Part shown: positions 11,273 through 20,200 of the stretch, piece after piece
Position numbering within the stretch: the stretch's first letter is position 1
Layout of the letters: each line of letters opens with the position of its first letter
Assembly (NCBI GenBank): GCA_963721805.1
Contig: CAVRJY010000001.1
Span: 544,001 to 608,000, forward strand
Source of the DNA: Nitrospirota bacterium
Lineage (GTDB): Bacteria > Nitrospirota > Thermodesulfovibrionia > Thermodesulfovibrionales > JdFR-86
Direction: 5' to 3'
DNA: 64,000 bases
Position numbers and translations under genes: made by a program
The notes under the pieces: generated by a model
What the model saw: the letters and a program-made list of their open reading frames with translations, nothing else
Databases searched by the model: none
Told to the model about the DNA's origin: nothing

Positions 11273-12574
11273 ATGCGGAAAGGCTTAATAGTCTCGCTCG
11301 CGGCAATCGCATTATTGTTCTGGTCATTCGGGATGGCGTTTGCGGATGACGACGTCGGGTCCAAGAAGATCGGCGCGGCCAAGAAACCATACGTTGTGTT
11401 CGCCTGGAACGACCTCGGGATGCATTGCCTGAACCCCACTTACGACACTGCCGTGATCCTGCCTCCGTATAACAGCCTTTACGTTCAGGTCGTCAAGCGC
11501 GGCAACCCCCCCACGATAGTCAACAGCGGGATCTCGGTCAGTTATAGCATCGCCGGGAATACCTATTCATACGGCAAGCGCAGCTACGGCCAGTTCTGGG
11601 ACAACATGCAGGCTCTGTTCGGGATAACGCTCCCGCATGACAAGGGCCTTAACCTCACGGACCCGACGGTCAACAACGGGCTCTCGGGCGGGATGCTAGC
11701 CAAGGGCGACTACTATGTCGCAAACGGGATACCAGTGACGCCGGTCCTCGACAAGAAGCTTAAATGGAACCCCTATCAGGTCGCCAATATAACGGTCAAG
11801 GACGCAAGCGGCAAGGTCATCGCCAAGACCAAGGCGACCATCCCGACCTCGGACGAGATCAACTGCGCCAAGTGCCACGGGGCCGACGCTTTCAACGATA
11901 TCCTCGCCAAGCATGACGCCCTGCACGGCACAGACCTGATGAACAGCAAGCCTGTAATCTGCGCCGGCTGCCATGGCGACCCCATCCTGGGCCAGACCGA
12001 CGAGGGCGCGGCGGGCATCTACCTCTCGGACGCGATCCACAGCTCTCACGCCGACAGGGGGGCGGCCTGCTATGACTGCCACCCCGGTGAGACCACGAAG
12101 TGCAGCCGCAGCCTCGCCCATACCGCCGCGGACGGCAACTGCACGACCTGCCACGGCCAGATGAGCGACGTGGCCTCGAGCATCGAGGCCGGCCGCATAC
12201 CCTGGAGCGGCGAGCCCAAATGCTATACCTGCCATAACGTCTCAAGCCAGGTCGATACCGGTGACGCCCTCTACCGCAACTCGCGCGGACACGGCAACCT
12301 GTTCTGTTCGGCCTGCCACGGGAGCCCGCACGCCATGGTCCCGTCAAGCCAGAAGTCCGACAACTACCAGGCCAAGCAGTACCAGAGTGCGGCCAGGACG
12401 ATAGGCGACTGCAAGGTCTGCCATAGGACCTCGCGCGGTGGAGGCGGCGCCTCGGAGTTCGCCCATGAGCACGGGGGCGGCAGGAAGAGCGCGTGCAGCG
12501 TCTGCCATACCGGATTTACCGCTGCCGCCGACTCCTCAAAATGGCCTCACGCCTTCCTCTGGAAGTCGAGGTAA
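11273..12574 (+). CDS. Secreted octaheme cytochrome c, paralog 2
   Basis: Signal peptide (AFA|DD); 8 CxxCH; colinear with and highly similar to 9715-11034. Confidence 0.92.
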   Translation: MRKGLIVSLAAIALLFWSFGMAFADDDVGSKKIGAAKKPYVVFAWNDLGMHCLNPTYDTAVILPPYNSLYVQVVKRGNPPTIVNSGISVSYSIAGNTYSYGKRSYGQFWDNMQALFGITLPHDKGLNLTDPTVNNGLSGGMLAKGDYYVANGIPVTPVLDKKLKWNPYQVANITVKDASGKVIAKTKATIPTSDEINCAKCHGADAFNDILAKHDALHGTDLMNSKPVICAGCHGDPILGQTDEGAAGIYLSDAIHSSHADRGAACYDCHPGETTKCSRSLAHTAADGNCTTCHGQMSDVASSIEAGRIPWSGEPKCYTCHNVSSQVDTGDALYRNSRGHGNLFCSACHGSPHAMVPSSQKSDNYQAKQYQSAARTIGDCKVCHRTSRGGGGASEFAHEHGGGRKSACSVCHTGFTAAADSSKWPHAFLWKSR

Positions 12575-12607
12575 GCCCGGCAGGCCATCACATTTAGTTA
12601 GCGGATG

Positions 12608-12642
12608 ATACGGCCCCGCATGGAAGTGCGGGGCCGTATTTT
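12608..12642 (+). terminator. Terminator, near copy of 11064-11101
   Basis: ATACGGCCCCGCA-TGGAAG-TGCGGGGCCGTAT-TTT. Confidence 0.8.
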
Positions 12643-12649
12643 ATATGGG

Positions 12650-13768
12650 TTAGAGCGTGCGCTTGAAGGTCAGGATCGACAGCGTCAGCATTATGGTGGT
12701 GAATCCGGCAAGAAAAAATATATCGCCGGATATGCCCAATAGCCCAGCATCCCTGAACAGCACCGCCTTAAACGCGTCGACCGCGTAGGCCTCGGGGTTT
12801 ACCTTGGCAAACGCCTTGAGCCATGGCGGGAAGCTCGCTATCGGATAGACCGAGCCGCTCGGGAAAAACAGTATCACGTTCAAAAAACCGCTCAGCACGC
12901 CGACGATCCTCGGGTGGTTGACCCTGCCGAGCATGACGAACATCAGGCTCAGGAGGCAGAGCGTTGTGAGCACCATCACGATAAAAAGCGGCAGGAAGTG
13001 CGTAAACCCGTGGGCCAGCGGTATGCCGGTCAGGAGCATGCTCACTACGAGTATGAACGTAGCGGTGACGAGCGTGACCGAAAGCCCGCTGATGATCAGG
13101 CCGCTCACGATATGCGCCTTCGTCAGCGGCGTCAGCAGGTAGCTCTCGTCCGTGCCCATAAAACGGTCCATTACGAGGTTGAACACCCCGGTGGTCAGGG
13201 TGCCCAGGAATATCGCCATGATTACTACGCCTGGCACGAGGGACTGGTAATAGTCCACCTTGGGGTACAGGTTGATGTCACGCAGGAGCACTGTGTTCGT
13301 GACCTCCCTTATAGGCACGTACTCGGCCTGTATCGATTGCAGCGCGGCGTTTACGAGGTTGCGGATCATCTCGGAGGATATGGCGTCCGTGTTGTCGAGG
13401 AACAGCCCGACCTCCGGCCTGGATGTGAGCGCGACCTTTTTGCTGAAGTCCCTGGGTATGACGAGCGCCGCCTTGTATGTCCCGTTTTTTACGCCGTCGA
13501 CTGCCCGCTGCTCGTCCGAATCGCCCAGGAGTGTGAAAGTCCGCGGCCCGGCCGCGATAGCGTGAAGGTTTTCTATGACACGCTTGGCCGACGGCCCCGA
13601 GTCGTTGTCCACGATGACTATCGGGAGGCCCACCAGCTTCCCCTGAAACGAGTTGCCCAGGATTAGCAGATATATGATCGGCATAAGGACGCTCATGCCG
13701 AGGACGACCGGGTTACGCTTGAACTTCTTGAGGTCCCGCTCGACGACGGCCAGCAGCCTTGTCATCAT
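12650..13768 (-). CDS. ABC-2 type exporter permease
   Basis: Multiple TM segments; FFPSGSVYPIASFPPWL...NPEAYAVDA. Confidence 0.9.
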   Translation of the reverse strand: MMTRLLAVVERDLKKFKRNPVVLGMSVLMPIIYLLILGNSFQGKLVGLPIVIVDNDSGPSAKRVIENLHAIAAGPRTFTLLGDSDEQRAVDGVKNGTYKAALVIPRDFSKKVALTSRPEVGLFLDNTDAISSEMIRNLVNAALQSIQAEYVPIREVTNTVLLRDINLYPKVDYYQSLVPGVVIMAIFLGTLTTGVFNLVMDRFMGTDESYLLTPLTKAHIVSGLIISGLSVTLVTATFILVVSMLLTGIPLAHGFTHFLPLFIVMVLTTLCLLSLMFVMLGRVNHPRIVGVLSGFLNVILFFPSGSVYPIASFPPWLKAFAKVNPEAYAVDAFKAVLFRDAGLLGISGDIFFLAGFTTIMLTLSILTFKRTL

Positions 13769-14766
13769 CTCCCGAAGCCCTGCGGTATGCCCGCGCCGGC
13801 CAGGACGTTGAACTTCCTGACCTCTTCCTGACGTATGGACTTGCCTGTGTAGTGGATGAATACGTCCTCAAGGGACTGCTCGTGCAGCGAGGCCGAAAGC
13901 ACGGTGTTGCCGGCCTTTCTCACTGCGTCGATGAGCATCGGCAGGTTCTTCGCGCCGTTTTCGACGTATACCCTCAGCGCGTCGTCCTCTGCCTTGACGC
14001 TGTGCACGAACTCGAGCTTCCCGATCTCGCCTGCGAGAGCCTCCGAGGGGTCCGTGACCGTAAGCGATATGATGTCGTTGCCTGGTATGTTGGCCTTAAG
14101 CTCCGCCGGGCTGCCCATCGCGATGATCTTGCCCGCGTCGATGATCGCGACCCTTCCGCACAGCGTCTCGGCCTCATCGAGGTAATGGGTCGTGAGGAAT
14201 ATCGTCATCGAGTCGCCCTTGATGAGTTCCCTCAGGAAGTCCCAGACGACGTGCCTGGCCTGGGGGTCCAGTCCGATGGTGGGCTCGTCGAGAAACAGCA
14301 TGGCGGGCCTGTGCACCAGCACGCGCGCGATCTCGAGCCTTCGGCGCATGCCGCCCGAGTAGGTCACGACCAAGTCGTTCGCGCGCTGCGTCAGGCCGAC
14401 CATCTCAAGCAGGTACTTAACGCGTTCGGTCCGCTCTTTTTTGCGTATGCCGTAGAACCGGCCGTAGAGGTCCATGTTCTCGTAGCCCGTGAGGTCGAGG
14501 TCGCTGGTCATCGCCTGCGGCACCACTCCGATGCGCTTGCGGACCTCTGCCGGCTCCTGGGCCACGTCAAAGCCTGCGACCGTGGCCTTGCCGCTCGTGG
14601 GCCTGCGCAGGGTATTGAGCATCCTGATGAGGGTCGTCTTGCCCGCCCCGTTCGGGCCTAGGAACCCGAAGAACTCGCCCTCGTCGACGTCGAAGCTCAC
14701 GTGGTCCACGGCGGTCATTTCGCCGAACTTCATGGTAAGCTCAGATACCGTGATGGCCTTTCCCAT
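13765..14766 (-). CDS. ABC transporter ATP-binding protein (DrrA-like)
   Basis: GPNGAGKTT, YSGGMRRRLEIA, LDEPTIGLDP. Confidence 0.95.
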   Translation of the reverse strand: MGKAITVSELTMKFGEMTAVDHVSFDVDEGEFFGFLGPNGAGKTTLIRMLNTLRRPTSGKATVAGFDVAQEPAEVRKRIGVVPQAMTSDLDLTGYENMDLYGRFYGIRKKERTERVKYLLEMVGLTQRANDLVVTYSGGMRRRLEIARVLVHRPAMLFLDEPTIGLDPQARHVVWDFLRELIKGDSMTIFLTTHYLDEAETLCGRVAIIDAGKIIAMGSPAELKANIPGNDIISLTVTDPSEALAGEIGKLEFVHSVKAEDDALRVYVENGAKNLPMLIDAVRKAGNTVLSASLHEQSLEDVFIHYTGKSIRQEEVRKFNVLAGAGIPQGFGR

Positions 14767-14778
14767 GGCGGCCGGGCC

Positions 14779-15840
14779 TCAGTGTCCGGCCGGGAACGCG
14801 ACGTCGACCGTCATGCCGGGCTTCAGGATGCCGCCGCTGTCATCGAGCCGGACCTTGACGCGGAAGGTCTTGATGTCCTCCCTGCCCCTCAGCACGTCGC
14901 GCTGTGTCGCGAACTCCGCGTACCTGCCTATCTCGCTGACCCTGCCGCTGAAGGTGCGCCCCGGCAGCCCGTCGACCGTGATCACGGCCGGGGCGTGGAG
15001 CTTTATCTCGGCTATGCGCGACTCGTCTATGTCCACGCGGGCATATAGGCCGCCGAGGTCCACTAGGGTCATCATCGTTACGCCGGGACTTACGGTCTCG
15101 CCCGCCTCTACGGATTTGAATATGACTACGCCGTCGATAGGGGCGTTGATTATCGTGTCGCCGAGCTTCGAGCGGTTGAAGGCGAGGTTCGCCCCGGCCT
15201 CCCTTAGCGCGGCCCTCGATGAGTTCAGCTGGCCGAGAGCGGCCTTAAGCTGGCTTTCCGAGGCGTTCTTCCTCGAAGCGGCGGAGTTCAGCTGCTCCTT
15301 TGCAGAATCGTACGAAGCCGTGTCCGCCTTATACGCGGTGACGGACTGGTCGCGCGACTCTTGAGATATGAACCCGCTGCTGAGGAGCTTATCGGCCCGC
15401 TCGGATTCTCGCTTCGATTCCTCCATCTGTGCGCGGGCCTTGTCCATGTTTGCCGAGGCGCTTTTCATGTCGGCCTCTGCCCCGGAGATATTGGCGCGCG
15501 CGGCCTCGGCGGACGCCCCGGCCGCAGCGATGTCAGCGTTAGCACGCTCGACCCCTGCCGCGGCCTGATCGACTGAGGCCTGCAAGTCCAGGCTCTCGAG
15601 CGTGATCGCGCGCTGTCCGGCCTTTACCGTGTCGCCTTCCCTGCAGCACATCCACGATACCTTGCCCGCGACCTTCGACGACAGGTTAACCTCAGGGCCG
15701 TCAACGACCCCGGTTGCATGCAGCGCAGTGACCTTGTTGTTATGCAGCAGATAGTACGCGAGGCCGCCTGCGAGGGCGAGGACAATAAGGACGGCGATCA
15801 TCTTGATGGGCATTTTCTTCAGGGTGCCAGTGATATTCAT
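14779..15840 (-). CDS. HlyD-family periplasmic adaptor (YbhG-like)
   Basis: N-terminal TM, lipoyl-like halves, coiled coil, LKPGMTVDV. Confidence 0.9.
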   Translation of the reverse strand: MNITGTLKKMPIKMIAVLIVLALAGGLAYYLLHNNKVTALHATGVVDGPEVNLSSKVAGKVSWMCCREGDTVKAGQRAITLESLDLQASVDQAAAGVERANADIAAAGASAEAARANISGAEADMKSASANMDKARAQMEESKRESERADKLLSSGFISQESRDQSVTAYKADTASYDSAKEQLNSAASRKNASESQLKAALGQLNSSRAALREAGANLAFNRSKLGDTIINAPIDGVVIFKSVEAGETVSPGVTMMTLVDLGGLYARVDIDESRIAEIKLHAPAVITVDGLPGRTFSGRVSEIGRYAEFATQRDVLRGREDIKTFRVKVRLDDSGGILKPGMTVDVAFPAGH

Positions 15841-15920
15841 AGGCTAACTATACAATAATACGCCTGGGCGTTCAACCGGCGCGGCTGGGGTTGCGGCACG
15901 CGTTGGGGCTGGACCTGGCC

Positions 15921-16895
15921 TCAGGCAGTCGCCCGGGACGCTCCGTAAAGAAAAGAGTTGACGCTGAAGAGTATGACCTCCGGTTTTACCGGTTTTCTTA
16001 GGTAGTCCACTGCCCCGAGGTTCCGGGCCCTGACGACGTCCTCGTCCGCGGTGCGTGAGGTTAGGATGATAAACGGCAGGTCCATCTTACGCTGGCTGAT
16101 GACTTCCATCAGCTTGAAGCCGTCCATGTTCGGCATGTTTATATCGGAGATTACGAGGTCGAACGGGTATTGGGTGTTAAATAGCACGTTGGCTGCCTCG
16201 ATGCCGTCGGTGGCGATGTCGACATGATGGCCAGCGGCCGAGAGGATATCAAACAGGAACGTGCGCGTGAATAGGCTGTCCTCGACTATCAGTATATGGC
16301 CCTTGCGTGCGGCAGGCGTCTCGGCCGTGCCTTCGGGACGGAGGGCCATGCTATCGACGGCCTCGGGCTCAGGTTTTAGTTCCTCGGGTTTCACCCCAAG
16401 GTCCATGAGCGATTGAGCGAGTCCCGCAGGGACTGCGATTCCGCGCGATGCGATGAACTGCTCAAGTTCCCTGTAGTGCTCCACGTACTTTCCGCCGAGG
16501 TTCCCCATCATGGCCGAGAGGTCTCCACTGACCTGTGCGATCGCGGTGACGTAATAGACCGCTGCGGGGTTGCGGTCGATCTCGAGACAGGCCCCGAATG
16601 CCTCCCCAAGCGAGATGCCCGGCATCTTTGCGGAAGCCACGAGACCAAGCACGGTGTCGATATTGCCAAGGGTGACGGTTACGTTGTCGAAGTTGAGGCG
16701 CGAGTTTCTGACCAGGCGCTTCTGGAACCTGACGACGTCGCGGTGCGCGATCTCGTCCATGTTCATGCGGTAGAAAAACGAGGCGGCCTCAGGGTCGGCT
16801 TTGAAATTCTCTCTGAGCACGTCATACATCCCGGCGATGCGGGATTCCATATCCTCGATGCGGTCAAGGAGTTTATTTAGCTCGATTTCAGTCAA
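15921..16895 (-). CDS. Ferritin/rubrerythrin-like domain fused to a C-terminal receiver domain
   Basis: N-terminal E...DEIAH helical motif; ILIVEDS...DLVISDINMPNMDG...LTS...DYLRKP. Confidence 0.8.
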   Translation of the reverse strand: MTEIELNKLLDRIEDMESRIAGMYDVLRENFKADPEAASFFYRMNMDEIAHRDVVRFQKRLVRNSRLNFDNVTVTLGNIDTVLGLVASAKMPGISLGEAFGACLEIDRNPAAVYYVTAIAQVSGDLSAMMGNLGGKYVEHYRELEQFIASRGIAVPAGLAQSLMDLGVKPEELKPEPEAVDSMALRPEGTAETPAARKGHILIVEDSLFTRTFLFDILSAAGHHVDIATDGIEAANVLFNTQYPFDLVISDINMPNMDGFKLMEVISQRKMDLPFIILTSRTADEDVVRARNLGAVDYLRKPVKPEVILFSVNSFLYGASRATA

Positions 16896-16975
16896 CGCGT
16901 CCCCCGATCAATGCGCCCACCCGTGAGCACAAGGTCAACGAAAAAGCACTTTATTAAACCCATTGTACGCCAATT

Positions 16976-17005
16976 ATATTAAGCGGCAGGCAGGTTTTTT
17001 GTCAA
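16976..17005 (-). promoter_or_regulatory. Sigma70 promoter for the ferritin-REC gene
   Basis: TTGACA-18 bp-TAATAT on the minus strand. Confidence 0.5.
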
Positions 17006-17244
17006 CGGCGCGAGTGAGGCTTGGCTGGGAGAGCTTGATAATAGGCGGAAGGAGACGAGGCCCAAGGGCTCCGTCATGAGACGAGAGCCGTTGAGCCGCT
17101 TGGGGTGTTTTTTGTAACCGTCAGCACTATGTTCCTGCCGATGCTTTTCGCCGTGTCCCGCCGGGCACCGCGTGGACCATGTGCCGACGTTGGCGCAGTA
17201 CGCGTCGAGAGATTGCATGACTCAGGCTTCTGCGATTTCATTGC

Positions 17245-20200
17245 CTACGGCTGCGTGTTGTTGCTCATCCCGCTTGCAGAGGCCGTTTTCTGCTTAACCG
17301 TTGAGGTCTTCACCCCCTCGGTGTTGCCGGCCTTGTCCTTTGACTGATACCGGACGTACTGCGTACACGTGCTCCCCGAGGCGCAATTTACCTTAAACGC
17401 AGTAGAGTAGCTCGTTGCCGGTGTGCAGGCATTTGCCTTATCCACGCAGTATTTGGGGAATCCTGTAGCGATCCCTGAGCCCGAACCGTCTGTCGCTGTG
17501 AGCGTCACGCTTATTGAGTTAGATGAGCTCAACGCGCCGAACGTATAGCCGGCCGCCGAGGCCGTCGTGACCGGTTTTGCACCCACGTCCTGCTTTACCG
17601 TGGCGCTCTTTACAGTAGTGGTGTTGCCGAGCTTGTCCTTTGTCTGATACCGGATGTACTGGGTGCAGGCAGTCCCTGCGGCGCAATTGACCTTAAACGC
17701 CGTGGAGTAGCTCGCGCCCGGAGTGCAGGTGTTGGCCTTATCCACGCAGTACTTCGGGAATCCTGCCGCGATGCCCGAGCCCGCGCCATCTGAAGATATA
17801 AGCGTCACGCTTATCGAGCTTGATATGCTCCATGTGCCGAACGTGTAGCCCGCTGCGGTTGGCGTTGTACCGGGGGCCTGAAGGTCTTGCTTCACCACAG
17901 AGCTCCTTACGGCCTCGACGTTGCCCGCGTTATCTCGCGACTGATAGCGGACGTATTGCATGCACGCGCTGTAGGCGGCGCAGGTTGCCTTGATCGCCCC
18001 GGCGACATAGCTAGTGGCAGGTGCGCAGGTGTTCGTCTTATCCACGCAGTATTTGGGATACCCTGTAGCAATCCCCGAACCGTCTGCTGCCGAGAGCGTC
18101 ACGCTTATCGAATTAGACATGCTCCAAGTGCCGAACGTATAGCCGGCCGCCGAGGCCGCCGTGACAGGTTTCGCGCCCACGTCCTGCCTGACCGCAGCGC
18201 TCTTTACTGCCTCGGAGTTGCCGGCCTTGTCCTTTGACTGATAGCGGAAGTACTGAGTGCATGTGGTCCCTGCGGCGCAATTTACCTTAACCGCAGCCGT
18301 ATAGCTAGTGGCAGGCGTGCATGTGTTGGCCGCATCCACGCAGTACTTCGGATATCCCGCCGCAAGCCCCGAGCCCGCCCCGTCGGCTGCCGAGAGCGTC
18401 ACGTTAATGGAATTGGAAATGCTCCATGCGCCAAAAGTATAGCCCGAGGCGGCTGCGATACTCACAGGCGCTTGAACGTCCTGTTTTACGACGACGCCCT
18501 TCAGCCCCTCGGCGTTGCCGGCCTTGTCCTTTGACTGATAGCGGACGTACTGGGTGCAATTAGTTCCGGCAGCGCAATTTACCTTTATCGCAGTCGTATA
18601 GCTAATGGCAGTCGCGCACGTGTTGGCCGCATCCACGCAGTACTTCGGATATCCCGCCGCAAGCCCCGAGCCGCCCGCGCCATCCGTAGCCGAGAGCGCC
18701 ACGCTGATCGAATTGGACATGCTCCATGCGCCAAACGTATAACCCGTGGCGGACGGCGCGCTTACAGGGGCTTGAAGGTCCTGCTTTACGATGGCGTTCT
18801 TAATTGCCTCGGTATTGCCGATTGTATCTTTTGACTGATAGCGGACGTACTGAGTGCATGTGGTCCCTGCGGCGCAATTCACCTTAATGGCCGCGGTATA
18901 GCTCGTGCTGGGAGAGCATGTATTAGTTAAGTCCATGCAGTACTTGGGATATCCCGCCGCGATCCCAGGACCTGCCCCGTCGGCTGCCGAGAGCGTCACG
19001 TTAATGGAATTGGAAATGCTCCATGTGCCAAATGTATAGCCTGCTGTTGAGGCCGTGGTCACTGGCGGGGCGTTCGTCGCGAATGCGGCGCTGACAGTCT
19101 TTGCGCCGCTGATCAGTATCGGGCATGTGCTTCCAACGGGGCTGCTGCAGCCCGTCCACCCGGTAAATACGAATCCTGCGCCGGGTGTAGCGGTGAGTGT
19201 CACGGTCGAGCCGGAGGCGTAAAATGCCGTACCGGTCGAGCCCGACCACTCGATCGCGCCTTTATCCGGAGAGACGCTGCCAGAGCCAGTGATGTCTACG
19301 GTAAGGTCATGATGCTCGTACAGTTCCGCGCTCGATAGAGAGTCAATCGCTGCGGTGCCGCCCGCAACGAGGACCCTGCCGTCATTAAGTAGCGTGGAGG
19401 TCTGGAAGGACCGGGCGTCCTGCATCGGGCCTGCGAACTGCCACCCTTTAGATGACGGGTCATAGAGTTCGGCGCTTCTGTATGAGTCATAGCCGTTGCC
19501 CCCGCCCGAGACCAGTACCTTCCCCTGAACAAGCGTGGCGCCCTGGCCGTACCGGCCGGTGTACATCGTCTCCGCCTGGCTCCATGAGTTTTCGGCTGGG
19601 TCATATATCTCCGCAGTGGCGAGCGCATCGCTCTGGTTAAAGCCTCCGGCGACCAGAACCTTGCCGTCCGGCAGTAATGCGGCGGTGGCTACGTAACGCG
19701 CGTCCGTCATCGTCCCGGCAGCGCTCCATGAGTTGTCTGCCGGATCGAATATCTCGGCGCTTGCAAGCGGGCCTTCCCAGCCGTAGCCGCCCGCGATCAG
19801 CACTCTGCCATCGGGGAGCGTGGCGACAGCGGGCTTGTAACGATAGTCCAGCATGGGGTCGATAGTGCTCCAGGTATTGTCAGCGGGATTGAACAGCTCG
19901 GCGGTGTTGGTCGAGCCGTCCCAGTTCATCCCGCCCGCAACGAGCACTTTGCCGTTTGCGAGCAATGCCGCGGCAGGCCCCCCGTGCATGTCCGACATAG
20001 GTCCGGTGGCGCTCCAGCTGCCGGTTGCCGGGTCGTAGACCTCGCCGCTCATGTCCGAGCCGCTTGCGATCAGCACCTTGCCGTTTTTAAGGAGCGTTGC
20101 AGAGTGGTCGGCGCGCTCGGCGAGCATCGGCGCGGCTGGGCTCCAGGTGTCCGCGGCCGGGTCGTAAAGCTCCGCGCTCGACAGCAGGCCGTTGTCAGCG

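Noticed and set aside
16979..17218. 79-aa ORF between the giant protein and the ferritin-REC gene
   Set aside because: No RBS or motifs, and it runs through the predicted promoter
17290..19075. Regularly spaced DNA repeats as a possible CRISPR or DGR
   Set aside because: In-frame protein domain repeats of about 300 bp; no spacers, cas genes or reverse transcriptase
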